Positions 33,877 through 42,521 are shown, counted from the first letter of the stretch. The stretch is 49,916 bases of DNA from an uncultured Treponemataceae bacterium (GCA_964576835.1 CAZNXK010000006.1:1-49916), one strand, 5' to 3'. Program-made: numbers and translations. Notes: a model not told the origin generated them from the letters alone.

Positions 33877-34626
33877 TCAGCCGATGAAAATTCCGCCGTT
33901 CACATCCATGGTGATTCCGGTCACCCAGTCGGATCGGCTCGATGCAAGGAATATGACCGCGTCCGCGACATCCTCGGGCAGGCCGTCCTTGGGGACCGCA
34001 CGTCCGGCGTTCCAGGTCGCGAACACGTCAGGGGCATACTGCCTGGTCTGGTCGGTGAGGATCGGGCCCGGGCAGATCGCGTTGACGTAGATGTTGTCGG
34101 GACCAAGTTCCCTGGCCAGCACCTTGGTAATCCCGAGCAGTCCGGCTTTCGACGCGGCGTAGTTGACGCCGACTCCGGGCCTGCCGGTCCGCGCGCCGAG
34201 CGACGCGATGTTCACGATCTTCCCGTATTTCTGCTTCTTCATGACCGGTGCCACCGACTTGCAGCACAGGAAGGGACCGGTCAGGTTGACGTTGATCACC
34301 TGCTCGAACAGTTCGAGGGTCATGTTCTCAAGCGTCTCGTGGCGGGATATTCCAGCGTTGTTCACGATCGCGTCGATCCGGCCGAACGTGTCGACCGTCC
34401 TCGCTACGGCGGCCTTCACGTCAGCTTCGTCGGTCACGTTGACCTTGAGCGCCAGGACCCTGGCGCCGCTGGGGTCGAGTTCATTCGCGGCCTTCTCGAC
34501 CGACTCCAGGTTCATGTCCCAGAGTACGGTGAACGCGGCTTCTGCATAGGCTTTTTTCGCGATGGCCAGCCCGAGCCCGAGTCCGGCGCCGGTCACGATC
34601 ACGACCTTGTCCTTCAGTTCCATCAT
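33877..34626 (-). CDS. Short-chain dehydrogenase/reductase (NAD-dependent)
   Basis: TGAGLGLG, WDMN, VNNAG, NIAS, YAASK, ICPG. AGGAG RBS. Confidence 0.93.
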   Translation of the reverse strand: MMELKDKVVIVTGAGLGLGLAIAKKAYAEAAFTVLWDMNLESVEKAANELDPSGARVLALKVNVTDEADVKAAVARTVDTFGRIDAIVNNAGISRHETLENMTLELFEQVINVNLTGPFLCCKSVAPVMKKQKYGKIVNIASLGARTGRPGVGVNYAASKAGLLGITKVLARELGPDNIYVNAICPGPILTDQTRQYAPDVFATWNAGRAVPKDGLPEDVADAVIFLASSRSDWVTGITMDVNGGIFIG

Positions 34627-34643
34627 CGGCTCTCTCCTGTGCT

Positions 34644-36374
34644 CTACAGCTGGTCCGCGGGCACGTAGCCGTCCCACATCGACTTCATCGCGTCCATCGG
34701 GACGTCGAACACGGCGTTGTTCGGTGGCAACGGCTCGTCCGCCATGAACTCGGGAATCGGGAAGAACTCTTCCGATCCGCCCGCCCTGGCGTTGACCTCG
34801 CGCTCGGTCCTGATCACGCCCCATGCCAGCGCGCCCACGTCCTTGACCGACATGTCCCAGCCGTACCTTCCCTTGAGCAGGTTGGCGAACATCTCCGGCT
34901 TCTTGAGGAAGGGCGGACGGACGAAGAGGCAGACGCCGAGCGCGTCGAGCAATGCCGCGCGGATCTGCAGTTTCCTGGAACTCTCTACCTGTCCTTCCGC
35001 TTTCAGCGGGTCGATGGTCTTGAGTGTCTCGAAGGCGTTGCCGGCGGTGTGGTCGGCTCCCATCGGCGACGTTATGTACGTCACGCCGTTTCCCTTGACG
35101 CCCCGAGGGTCATAGCCGGGAATCGCCTGCCCCTTGATCACTGGCACGCGCCGGATTCCGAGAAGCCGTCCGGTTATCTTCGCTCCGTTGCCGAGGATCC
35201 GGCCGAGGTAGGTACCCTGCCCGATCTGCCTGATCAGGTCCTTTGCGCCTTCCGCATCTCCGAACTCGACGATACCCGCCTCCATCGCGACGCCTATCGC
35301 CGCGCCCGTCTCTATGGCGTCGACCCCGACCTGGTTGCACAGGTGGTTCATCTCGGCTATGTCGTCGAGGCTGCCGATGCCGCAATTGGATCCGAGCAGC
35401 GAGATGTTTTCGTACTGTATGGATGCGACGAGCTTCTTGCCTGACTTGTCCGGGAATATGTTGCTGCACTTGATGACGCAGCCCGCGACACAGGCCTGAC
35501 CGGACTTGCCGCCGCGGGACAAGATTTCCTCCCTGACGCGTTCCCCGGCGATGTCGTCGGCCTTCTCGAAGCTGCCGGCGCTGAAGTTCCTCGTGGGCAG
35601 CAGGCCCGAGGAGTTGGCCAGCGCCAGTATTGCCGGCGTTCCGAAGAGGTTCCGGTTCTCGGTCTTCGGATCCGCGAGCAACGACTCGGCCATCCATCTG
35701 GAAGTTTCCTGCAGCAGGGTCTTGTCGAAATACCGTGGGACGTACGCCGAGCCCGAGTCGTCTATCACGATGGCCTTGATTCCCTTGGAACCCATCAAGG
35801 CTCCCAGCCCGCCGCGCGCCGCGTACCGGATCTGCACGTCGTCGTTGTCAGGCGACGCGATTCCCGCCCCGTACATCATCATCTCGGCGGCTGGCCCGAT
35901 GCAGAATATTCCCGCGGACTTGCCGTAGGTTTCCCTGAGGACCGCGACGGTATCGTCGACCAGCAGGCCCTTGAGCCCGGGAGCGCTGACGAGGCTGTAT
36001 CCGTCGGCGCGGATCTCGAGGATGTCGGTGGTCGGCGACGCCGGAGTCTCCTCGAGTATCAGGGCGCGGATGCCGAGCCTGGCGAATTTCTTGCCGGCCC
36101 ATCCGCCGATGTTGCTTTCTTTGACGCCGCCGGTCAGCGGGCTCTTCCCTCCGATGGACATCTGTCCCGACGTCGTCACATTGGTGTCGGCGAGGAGCCC
36201 CGACGCGAAGATCAGCTTGTTGCGACGGCCTGTCGGTTCGCAGTTCGGGGGGACTTCGCGCAGGAGGGCATGCGCGATGAACGACCTGCCGCCCCATCGC
36301 CGCTCCTCCTCGGTCGCCGTCTGCGCGAGTATCCGCCGCGTCCTGGTATCGACCCTGACTATTGTATCCATCAA
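34644..36374 (-). CDS. aor: Aldehyde:ferredoxin oxidoreductase family (W/Mo bis-pterin enzyme)
   Basis: KSPLTGGVKESNIGG, CIGPAAE, AARGGLGALMGSKGIKAI, CVAGCVIKC, GVDAIE, YDPR, GADH, LGVC. Confidence 0.92.
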   Translation of the reverse strand: MMDTIVRVDTRTRRILAQTATEEERRWGGRSFIAHALLREVPPNCEPTGRRNKLIFASGLLADTNVTTSGQMSIGGKSPLTGGVKESNIGGWAGKKFARLGIRALILEETPASPTTDILEIRADGYSLVSAPGLKGLLVDDTVAVLRETYGKSAGIFCIGPAAEMMMYGAGIASPDNDDVQIRYAARGGLGALMGSKGIKAIVIDDSGSAYVPRYFDKTLLQETSRWMAESLLADPKTENRNLFGTPAILALANSSGLLPTRNFSAGSFEKADDIAGERVREEILSRGGKSGQACVAGCVIKCSNIFPDKSGKKLVASIQYENISLLGSNCGIGSLDDIAEMNHLCNQVGVDAIETGAAIGVAMEAGIVEFGDAEGAKDLIRQIGQGTYLGRILGNGAKITGRLLGIRRVPVIKGQAIPGYDPRGVKGNGVTYITSPMGADHTAGNAFETLKTIDPLKAEGQVESSRKLQIRAALLDALGVCLFVRPPFLKKPEMFANLLKGRYGWDMSVKDVGALAWGVIRTEREVNARAGGSEEFFPIPEFMADEPLPPNNAVFDVPMDAMKSMWDGYVPADQL

Positions 36375-36389
36375 CGATTCTCCGCGTCC

Positions 36390-37436
36390 TTAGGAATTGC
36401 CCAGACGGACCGGGCTGCCGAGCCTTGCCAGGATCTCGTCGATGCTCTTGACGACGGCGTCGGTAACGTCGATCCCGAGTCGTTCGCCATCCTTCGCCTT
36501 CTTGATTTCAAGTTGCCCCGGCAGCAGGATCTCGTCGAATCCGGGTTGCCTGCGGAGCGCCTTGATCTGGCCGGTGTATTCGGTGATCAACCGGTCGAAG
36601 GTCTCCTTGCCCACGAAACGTCCGATGTCGATGCAGATGAAGGCCGCCCCGACTCCTGTCTTGCCTTCGAGCTCGTGAAAACTCCTGAGCCCGCGTCCGT
36701 ACGCCGCACCGGAGAGCATCCCCGAGATGATGTCGATCATCATCGCAAGCCCCGAGCCCTTCGGGCCTGCAAGCGGGAGCAGGCAACCCTTCATCGCCTT
36801 CTTCGGATCGGTCGTCGGCTCGCCGCCCTCGTCCAGGGCCCAGCCGAGAGGAATGGGCTGGCCGCTCAGCGACGCCAGCCTGATCTTGCCCCGAGCGACA
36901 ATGCTCGACGACATGTCCAGCACCAGCGGATCGCCCTGCCCGCAGGGGATGGCGATGGACAGCGGGTTCGTGCCGAAGAACGGCTCGGCTGCGCCGAATG
37001 GCGCGACCGACGGATTGCCGTTGGTGGTGATGATGGAGATGACGCCGCGGCGCGCGGCGGAGACCGAGAGGCAACCCAGGGCGCCGATGTTGTTGGTGTT
37101 GCGCAGCGTCACCATGCCGATGCCGAATTCGAGGGCCTTGGCGATCGCGGTGTCCAGGGCGCTGTACGCCGCGACCTGCCCGAGCCCGTCGTTTCCGTCG
37201 AGCATCGCGGTCGCCGCGTCATCCGATACGACCGTGACCCTCGTCGGGAACGTAAGCATTTTCGCCTCGGCACGCTGGGCCACCAGGCGGAGGAGATTGA
37301 TGCCGTGCGTGCTTACGCCGCGCAGGTCGGCCTGCACGAGGGCCATGGCGGCGACCTCGACGTTCCCGCCGCTCTCGCCCAGCCTGGTCAGGATCTCGGC
37401 TGCCACTTCCAGCAGGGTCTTCTCGGCGAATCTCAT
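36390..37436 (-). CDS. Ldh_2 family (malate/L-lactate/ComC/AllD-type) 2-hydroxyacid oxidoreductase
   Basis: ADLRGVSTHG, DGNDGLGQ, GTNPLS, LDMSSS, GPKGSGL, LLPG. Confidence 0.93.
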   Translation of the reverse strand: MRFAEKTLLEVAAEILTRLGESGGNVEVAAMALVQADLRGVSTHGINLLRLVAQRAEAKMLTFPTRVTVVSDDAATAMLDGNDGLGQVAAYSALDTAIAKALEFGIGMVTLRNTNNIGALGCLSVSAARRGVISIITTNGNPSVAPFGAAEPFFGTNPLSIAIPCGQGDPLVLDMSSSIVARGKIRLASLSGQPIPLGWALDEGGEPTTDPKKAMKGCLLPLAGPKGSGLAMMIDIISGMLSGAAYGRGLRSFHELEGKTGVGAAFICIDIGRFVGKETFDRLITEYTGQIKALRRQPGFDEILLPGQLEIKKAKDGERLGIDVTDAVVKSIDEILARLGSPVRLGNS

Positions 37437-37443
37437 GTCGTCC

Positions 37444-38115
37444 TCACTCTTCCACGAGGCCCAGGGATTCGAACACCTTCTCGAGGCTGTTGAGTTCCAC
37501 GCTAGAGACGCCGCTCTCGAGCTGGGCTGCCTTGCCCTCCTCGAACTGGACGCGCTTCAGCGATTTCTCCAGCACGTCGGCGCAATCGGCCGCCCTGACC
37601 ACGACCATGCCGTCACCGTCGCCGAGGATCAGGTCTCCGGGAAAAATCGTCGCCTGTCCGAAGTTGACCGGGTAGTTGACGATGCCGAGGGTCGTCTTTA
37701 CGGTGCCCTTGATGGCGAATCCTCGGCAGAACATCGGGAAGCCCATCTTCGCGATCTCCGCCGAGTCGCGGACGCAGCCGTCGATGGCGAGGCCCGCCAG
37801 ACCGCGGGCCTGCGCTGCCGTTGCCATCATGCCGCCCCAGTAGCCGAATTCGTACGCCCCTCCGACGGTCGCGACGAGGACCGAGCCTGCGGGCGCACGT
37901 TGCAGTGCCTTGTGGAGCATGAGGTTGTCTCCGGACGCGCACTGCACCGTATAGGCTACGCCGCAGATCCTGTCGCCGGGCGCGGCCGGCTTGATGCCGC
38001 AGTCCACGTAGCCCTTGCGGCCGGACGCTTCGTACACGGTGGCGACATCGAGGTTCCTGAACGCCTCGAGAACCGACTTTTCGATCTGCTGGACCGCTTT
38101 CAAGACGTGGATCAT
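37444..38115 (-). CDS. RraA-family 4-hydroxy-4-methyl-2-oxoglutarate / 4-carboxy-4-hydroxy-2-oxoadipate (HMG/CHA) aldolase-like protein
   Basis: LigK-like N-terminus (VATVYEASGRKG), GDNLMLH, G-x20-R-D-x2-E motif (WGG...DGCVRDSAE), PGDLILGDGDG. ATGA overlap with the gntR stop. Confidence 0.88.
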   Translation of the reverse strand: MIHVLKAVQQIEKSVLEAFRNLDVATVYEASGRKGYVDCGIKPAAPGDRICGVAYTVQCASGDNLMLHKALQRAPAGSVLVATVGGAYEFGYWGGMMATAAQARGLAGLAIDGCVRDSAEIAKMGFPMFCRGFAIKGTVKTTLGIVNYPVNFGQATIFPGDLILGDGDGMVVVRAADCADVLEKSLKRVQFEEGKAAQLESGVSSVELNSLEKVFESLGLVEE

Positions 38116-38792
38116 ATTGCCTTCCTGTTGCCGACCATCAACTGGTCTATGCTGATCAGTGATCGCCTGAGGTGATCGCGCACTGCCTTCTCCGCGTCGT
38201 CGGGCTTGCCGTCGATGATCGCCTCGAGAATCCGCTTGTGCTCCTCGCAGGTCTCGTGCAGGCGCTTCGACTCGAAGCGGGAGATGAAATAGATACGGAT
38301 CCTGACGATATGGTCGAGGATCGAACCGTAGTATTCCGACAGGAAGCTGTTGCCCGCCGCGCTCACGATCCGTTCGTGTATCTGGTAGCCGGAAAGCAGC
38401 GATTTCCTGACGCCCTGGTCGTCGACTACCTTGAACGACTCGTGGTTCTCGAGTATTTCCTTGAACAGGGATTTGTCCGGCGTCAGGGCGGCCATGCGCG
38501 CGGCGGCGCATTCGAATATTTCCCTGATCTCGAAGACTTCCCTGATGTGGTCGATGCTGATATTCGATACGAAGCATCCCTTGTTCGGGACGATCACCAC
38601 CTGCCGGTCACGCTCGAGGTGCTGCAGGGCTTCGCGGACGGGCGTCTTGCTAACCTTCAGCTCTTCGCACAGGACCTGTTCGTTCAGGTACTCCTGGGGT
38701 TTCAGTACGTTCTGCACTATCCGGTCCTTGAGGATCTTGTAGACGTACAGCTTCTTGCTTATTTCTTCCCCTGCGCCGATGCTCTGCTGCAT
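38112..38792 (-). CDS. GntR family transcriptional regulator (FCD domain)
   Basis: LNEQVLCEELKVSKTPVREAL, FEIREIFE, AAGN, EEHKRILEAI. RBS before ATG 38792. Confidence 0.93.
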   Translation of the reverse strand: MQQSIGAGEEISKKLYVYKILKDRIVQNVLKPQEYLNEQVLCEELKVSKTPVREALQHLERDRQVVIVPNKGCFVSNISIDHIREVFEIREIFECAAARMAALTPDKSLFKEILENHESFKVVDDQGVRKSLLSGYQIHERIVSAAGNSFLSEYYGSILDHIVRIRIYFISRFESKRLHETCEEHKRILEAIIDGKPDDAEKAVRDHLRRSLISIDQLMVGNRKAI

Positions 38793-38835
38793 TTCTTGTA
38801 CTTCTCCAATCCATTTCGATAGCCAGAAAGATTCC

Positions 38836-38855
38836 GCTACCGATATATCGGTAGC
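38836..38855. promoter_or_regulatory. Perfect 20-bp palindrome GCTACCGATATATCGGTAGC; putative GntR operator just downstream of the operon promoter
   Basis: Exact palindrome. A minus-strand TTGACA (38895-38890)-17 nt-AAGAAT lies just upstream. Confidence 0.72.
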
Positions 38856-38968
38856 ATATCGTGCGTATTCTTTATCCATTTCGGTGATCTGTCAACCTTA
38901 TTTTTCCGAATATAGAGAGTATATTTTATCGATATAATTAGCCTGTCGCGGACGGGCAGCAGCCGGGA

Positions 38969-39012
38969 GCCCGAACCGATATATTGACGATATATCGGTT
39001 CGGGCCTACACT
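38969..39012 (+). promoter_or_regulatory. Promoter TTGACG-N17-TACACT overlapped by a perfect 16-bp inverted repeat containing two CGATATAT boxes
   Basis: GCCCGAACCGATATAT-tgacg-ATATATCGGTTCGGGC (38969-39005); -35 at 38984-38989, -10 at 39007-39012. Confidence 0.72.
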
Positions 39013-39084
39013 GCACGCTCCTGAATACCACGCGGTCCACGAGAAAGGCCCTGTGCACCCTGGTATGACGGGGAAGGAATTGCC

Positions 39085-39486
39085 ATGAAAGCGATAACGG
39101 ATTTCCTGGACGCCAACATCGACGGCTTCCTGGCGACGCTCGAGGACGGGCAACCGAGGGTCAGGCCGTACCAGTACATGCTTGCCGACTCAGGCAGGCT
39201 GTGCTTCAGCACCAACAACGCCAAGGAGGTCTGCAAGCAGCTCAGGGCAAACCCGTCCATGGAGTTCGCCGCCTTGAGCCGCGCGGGCGGCTGGATCAGA
39301 CTGAGGGGAAACGTCAAGTTCGCGGACTCGAAGGAGCTCAAGGACAAGATCCTCGCGAAGAGCGATGTCGTCCGAGGCATCTACAAGACGGCCGACCACC
39401 CCAACTTCGAGGTTTTCTACCTGGACCACGGTTCCGCGCAGATCCTGGAAGCCTCCGGACAGCAGCCGCTTAAACTGGAATTCTGA
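39085..39486 (+). CDS. Pyridoxamine 5'-phosphate oxidase family (split-barrel flavin-binding) protein
   Basis: FLATLEDGQPRVRP, FSTNNAKEVCKQLRANP, WIRLRG. Confidence 0.9.
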   Translation: MKAITDFLDANIDGFLATLEDGQPRVRPYQYMLADSGRLCFSTNNAKEVCKQLRANPSMEFAALSRAGGWIRLRGNVKFADSKELKDKILAKSDVVRGIYKTADHPNFEVFYLDHGSAQILEASGQQPLKLEF

Positions 39487-39507
39487 CCCCGCGACTGGAT
39501 TGCGGGG
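39487..39507. terminator. Hairpin between convergent genes
   Basis: CCCCGCGA-CTGGA-TTGCGGGG directly after the PNPOx-family stop. Confidence 0.45.
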
Positions 39508-39517
39508 CCGGCCGGCA

Positions 39518-40660
39518 TCAGCCCGCCCCTGAATCGCCCAGTATCGTCCAGTCCCGCCCGAAGTCGCCGAAGCCCTCGCAACCGGAACCGGTCACGGCCA
39601 CCGCATCCTCGATTTTCACGTGGCCGACCGCGGGGTGCAGGAAATCCGTCTCGATCGAAACGACCATGCCCGCCTGGAGAGGCTGGACGCTGGCCGGGTC
39701 GAAGATCGGCTGCTCGTACGGCACCATCCCGATGCCGTGGACGACGAAGCGTGCGTAGTCTGAGAACTCGTATTGCCTCGAGGCCTCGGACCCCGCCTCG
39801 AGCAGTTCACCGCACCTGACTCCGGGCCTGATCAGGCTCCTGACATGATCCTGAACCTCAATGCATGCGCCGTGCAGATCCCTCGCGAGGCTTGAAGGCT
39901 CGCCGATGCATCCCATCCTGCAGATGTCGGCCACGTAGTCACCGTCCAGTGAACCGGCGTCTATATGCAGGATCTGTCCGACCTTCCATCTTTCGGCCGA
40001 CGGCGCACGCAGGAAGCCGGGACCGGCGCAAATCAGAGCGAAGAGGAAGGACATGTCCCTCAAGGCTATCTCCTTCCTGACCAGCCCCTCGATATCCTTG
40101 GTCGTCATACCGGGAATCGAGGCCAGGAACGAGGCGTGGATGGCATCGGCCAGCCTTGCGTAGGCGCTCCTCATGATGGCCAGCTCGGCTTCGGTCTTGA
40201 TCTCGCGGAGCCCGTCGAATATCGCCGTGGCATCCACGAAGTCGGCGTCGGGCAGGTCATGGCGCAATACGAGGAAGGCGTCCGCCGGGATGAACGGCAT
40301 CTCCAGACCGATCCTGGACCTGTCCAGTCCAATGCTCCGGATCGCCCTGGCGAGGCTCCCGGCGGACGTGACCGTGCCACGGAGCGCGTCGAAGACATTG
40401 GGCATCCACGGCGATTCCGCGGCAAGCTGCCCGGCCTCGTCAGGGCGGCGTATGTAGAACGAGGAGCCCGGCCGGCCTCTCACGATCCCAAGGAACGGCA
40501 GGTACTGGCTTCTTCCCATCCTCGAGGAGTTCTCGTGAAAATGGTAGAAGTATCCTCCGGACAGGTACCGGACGTTGTGGCGGGTACTCGCGACCACCAG
40601 TCCGAGCCCGGATTCCTCCATCAAGCGGTCGAGCTTTCGGGCGTCAAAGGGCATGTCCAT
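39518..40660 (-). CDS. M24 family (Xaa-Pro peptidase/creatinase-like) metallohydrolase
   Basis: NVRYLSG, REIKTEAEL, HIDAG, ADICR, HGIG, SIE, KIEDAV: metal ligands present. GGAGG RBS. Confidence 0.88.
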   Translation of the reverse strand: MDMPFDARKLDRLMEESGLGLVVASTRHNVRYLSGGYFYHFHENSSRMGRSQYLPFLGIVRGRPGSSFYIRRPDEAGQLAAESPWMPNVFDALRGTVTSAGSLARAIRSIGLDRSRIGLEMPFIPADAFLVLRHDLPDADFVDATAIFDGLREIKTEAELAIMRSAYARLADAIHASFLASIPGMTTKDIEGLVRKEIALRDMSFLFALICAGPGFLRAPSAERWKVGQILHIDAGSLDGDYVADICRMGCIGEPSSLARDLHGACIEVQDHVRSLIRPGVRCGELLEAGSEASRQYEFSDYARFVVHGIGMVPYEQPIFDPASVQPLQAGMVVSIETDFLHPAVGHVKIEDAVAVTGSGCEGFGDFGRDWTILGDSGAG

Positions 40661-40794
40661 GGTTCCCTCCATGATTCGTTCGGCATAGGTCCGTCGAAGA
40701 CAGTATCGATTTTCAGCGGCGGGGAATGCAAGCACGATCGAGGAGATCTTCAGTCATTGACACGAACCGCCTATCAAGGTATTGTAACACCACA

Positions 40795-41274
40795 ATGTCA
40801 GTAAACGGAATAGTCCATCTCTCCGACGCCGCGCTCATCGCCGTACACGCGCTAGCCGGACTCGCGGCCGCTCCCGGACGGCTGGTCCAGAGCAGGAGCC
40901 TGGCCTCGATCATCGACGCGAGCGAAAGCCACCTGGCCAAGGTCATGCAGCGCCTCGTGCGCGCCGGCCTGGTGCTGTCGGTAAAGGGACCCAATGGCGG
41001 CTTCAGGCTTGCCAAAGATGCCGGGACAATCAGCTTCCGGGAGACAATAGAGGCCGTCGACGGGCCGCTATCGGGAGACTTCTGCCCCTTCAGGACGGAC
41101 CGCTGCGACCCTGACAACTGCATCTTCGGGAACGAAATCACGAAACATGCCGGCGAGCTGATCAACTACCTCGGAAAGCGGACAATCGCCGACGTAGCCA
41201 GGGAAGCCGCGGCGAAGGATACCACGTCGTACGGTACATCGAAGGCGGCGAGGACAGCGCTCCCGACAGGATGA
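40795..41274 (+). CDS. Rrf2 family transcriptional regulator with three C-terminal Cys (Fe-S type)
   Basis: HLAKVMQRL..AGLV.S.KGPNGGF.L, EAVDG, CPF...C....C. Confidence 0.92.
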   Translation: MSVNGIVHLSDAALIAVHALAGLAAAPGRLVQSRSLASIIDASESHLAKVMQRLVRAGLVLSVKGPNGGFRLAKDAGTISFRETIEAVDGPLSGDFCPFRTDRCDPDNCIFGNEITKHAGELINYLGKRTIADVAREAAAKDTTSYGTSKAARTALPTG

Positions 41275-41364
41275 AGTATCGGCAAAGCCGGATACAAGTT
41301 TTATCAACTTATTTATGCATTGTGGTACCTATTTTCCACATATGACTATCCCAAGGAGAATACG

Positions 41365-42342
41365 ATGGCGACGAGAACGGTAATCGAGATAGACGAGGAC
41401 AAGTGCGACGGCTGCGGGCAATGCGCAAACGGCTGCCATGAAGGCGCCCTGAGGATAATCGACGGCAAGGCGCGGCTCGTCGGCGAGAGCCTCTGCGACG
41501 GCCTCGGCGCCTGCATCGGGGAATGCCCGCGGGGAGCCCTGCAGACGGTCCAGCGCGACGTCGAGGACTACGACGAGCGCCGCGTCATCGAAAACATCCT
41601 GCCCAAGGGCGCGGCCACGGTAGCCGCCCACCTCGACCACCTCTCGAGCCATGGACAGGACACCTGGTACAAAGAGGCGCTTGCCGTGCTCGCCGAGAAA
41701 GGCATCGCTCTCCCATCCCCTGTCGCCCAGAAATCCGCCGCTGACGCCTGCGGCTGCGGCAGTACAGCAACCCGCTCGCCGGGTCCCGCCGCCGGCGCAC
41801 GCTTCGGCGCGCTCAGGCAAGCCACGGCGACGATGCCGACACCACGCATCCTCGACAACGGCATGTCGGGAGGCTGCCCCGGTTCCGCCGCCCGCGCCTT
41901 CGGGCCAAGCGCTGAAAAACCGGCTCCGGTTGCGGCCTCAAGCGCCACGGGCGGCGGCGGCATGGCTTCGAGGCTCGAGCAGTGGCCGATCCAGCTCCAC
42001 CTCGTCAATCCTCGGGCGCAGTATTTCAAAGGAGCGGACATACTCATCGCCGCCGACTGCACGGCCTTCGCCTTCGGCGCCTTCCACCAGACCCTGCTCG
42101 CCGGCCGCAAGCTGGTCATAGCCTGCCCCAAGCTCGATACAGGCAAGGAGATCTACGTCGACAAGATACGGGCACTGATGGACGACTCCGAGGCCGCGTC
42201 GATTACGCTTGCGATCATGGAAGTCCCCTGCTGCGGTGGACTCAAGCGGCTGGTAGACGAGGCGGCCGCAGTCGCGACCCGCTCGGTACCCACCTCGACC
42301 GTCGTCGTCGGAATCGAAGGCGGCAGCCTGACCTGGATGTAA
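41365..42342 (+). CDS. Hcp-associated 4Fe-4S binding protein
   Basis: CDGCGQCANGC, CDGLGACIGECP, GGCPG, QWPIQL, AADC, CPKLD, EVPCC. AAGGAG RBS. Confidence 0.88.
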   Translation: MATRTVIEIDEDKCDGCGQCANGCHEGALRIIDGKARLVGESLCDGLGACIGECPRGALQTVQRDVEDYDERRVIENILPKGAATVAAHLDHLSSHGQDTWYKEALAVLAEKGIALPSPVAQKSAADACGCGSTATRSPGPAAGARFGALRQATATMPTPRILDNGMSGGCPGSAARAFGPSAEKPAPVAASSATGGGGMASRLEQWPIQLHLVNPRAQYFKGADILIAADCTAFAFGAFHQTLLAGRKLVIACPKLDTGKEIYVDKIRALMDDSEAASITLAIMEVPCCGGLKRLVDEAAAVATRSVPTSTVVVGIEGGSLTWM

Positions 42343-42343
42343 C

Positions 42344-42521
42344 TTTTATACAAATTCTAACCACAGAGGCACAGAGGCACAGAGGCACAGAGAAGATTTG
42401 GCAGGAAAAAGATGAAATTGTGGGAATTAGAAAAGGAGAGGGGCCATGACTTCCCTTGTATTTTCCACTTCCCTTGTTTTCTCGTCTTCTCTGTGTCTCT
42501 GTGTTCAAATTTCGTATAAAA
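42344..42521. repeat. AT-rich intergenic element with tandem CACAGAGG octamers and an inverted CTCTGTG arm (REP-like long hairpin)
   Basis: CACAGAG(G/A) x4 at 42362-42393. 42378-42396 pairs with 42485-42503 (19 bp, 1 mismatch). Outer arms TTTTATACAAATT / AATTTCGTATAAAA. Confidence 0.7.

Noticed and set aside
38116-38577. N-terminal extension of the RraA ORF (377-aa call)
   Set aside because: Overlaps gntR in another frame. The true start at 38115 forms an ATGA overlap and gives a normal-length aldolase.
42362-42393. Possible CRISPR or mini-array
   Set aside because: Contiguous 8-bp tandem units with no spacers and no cas genes.
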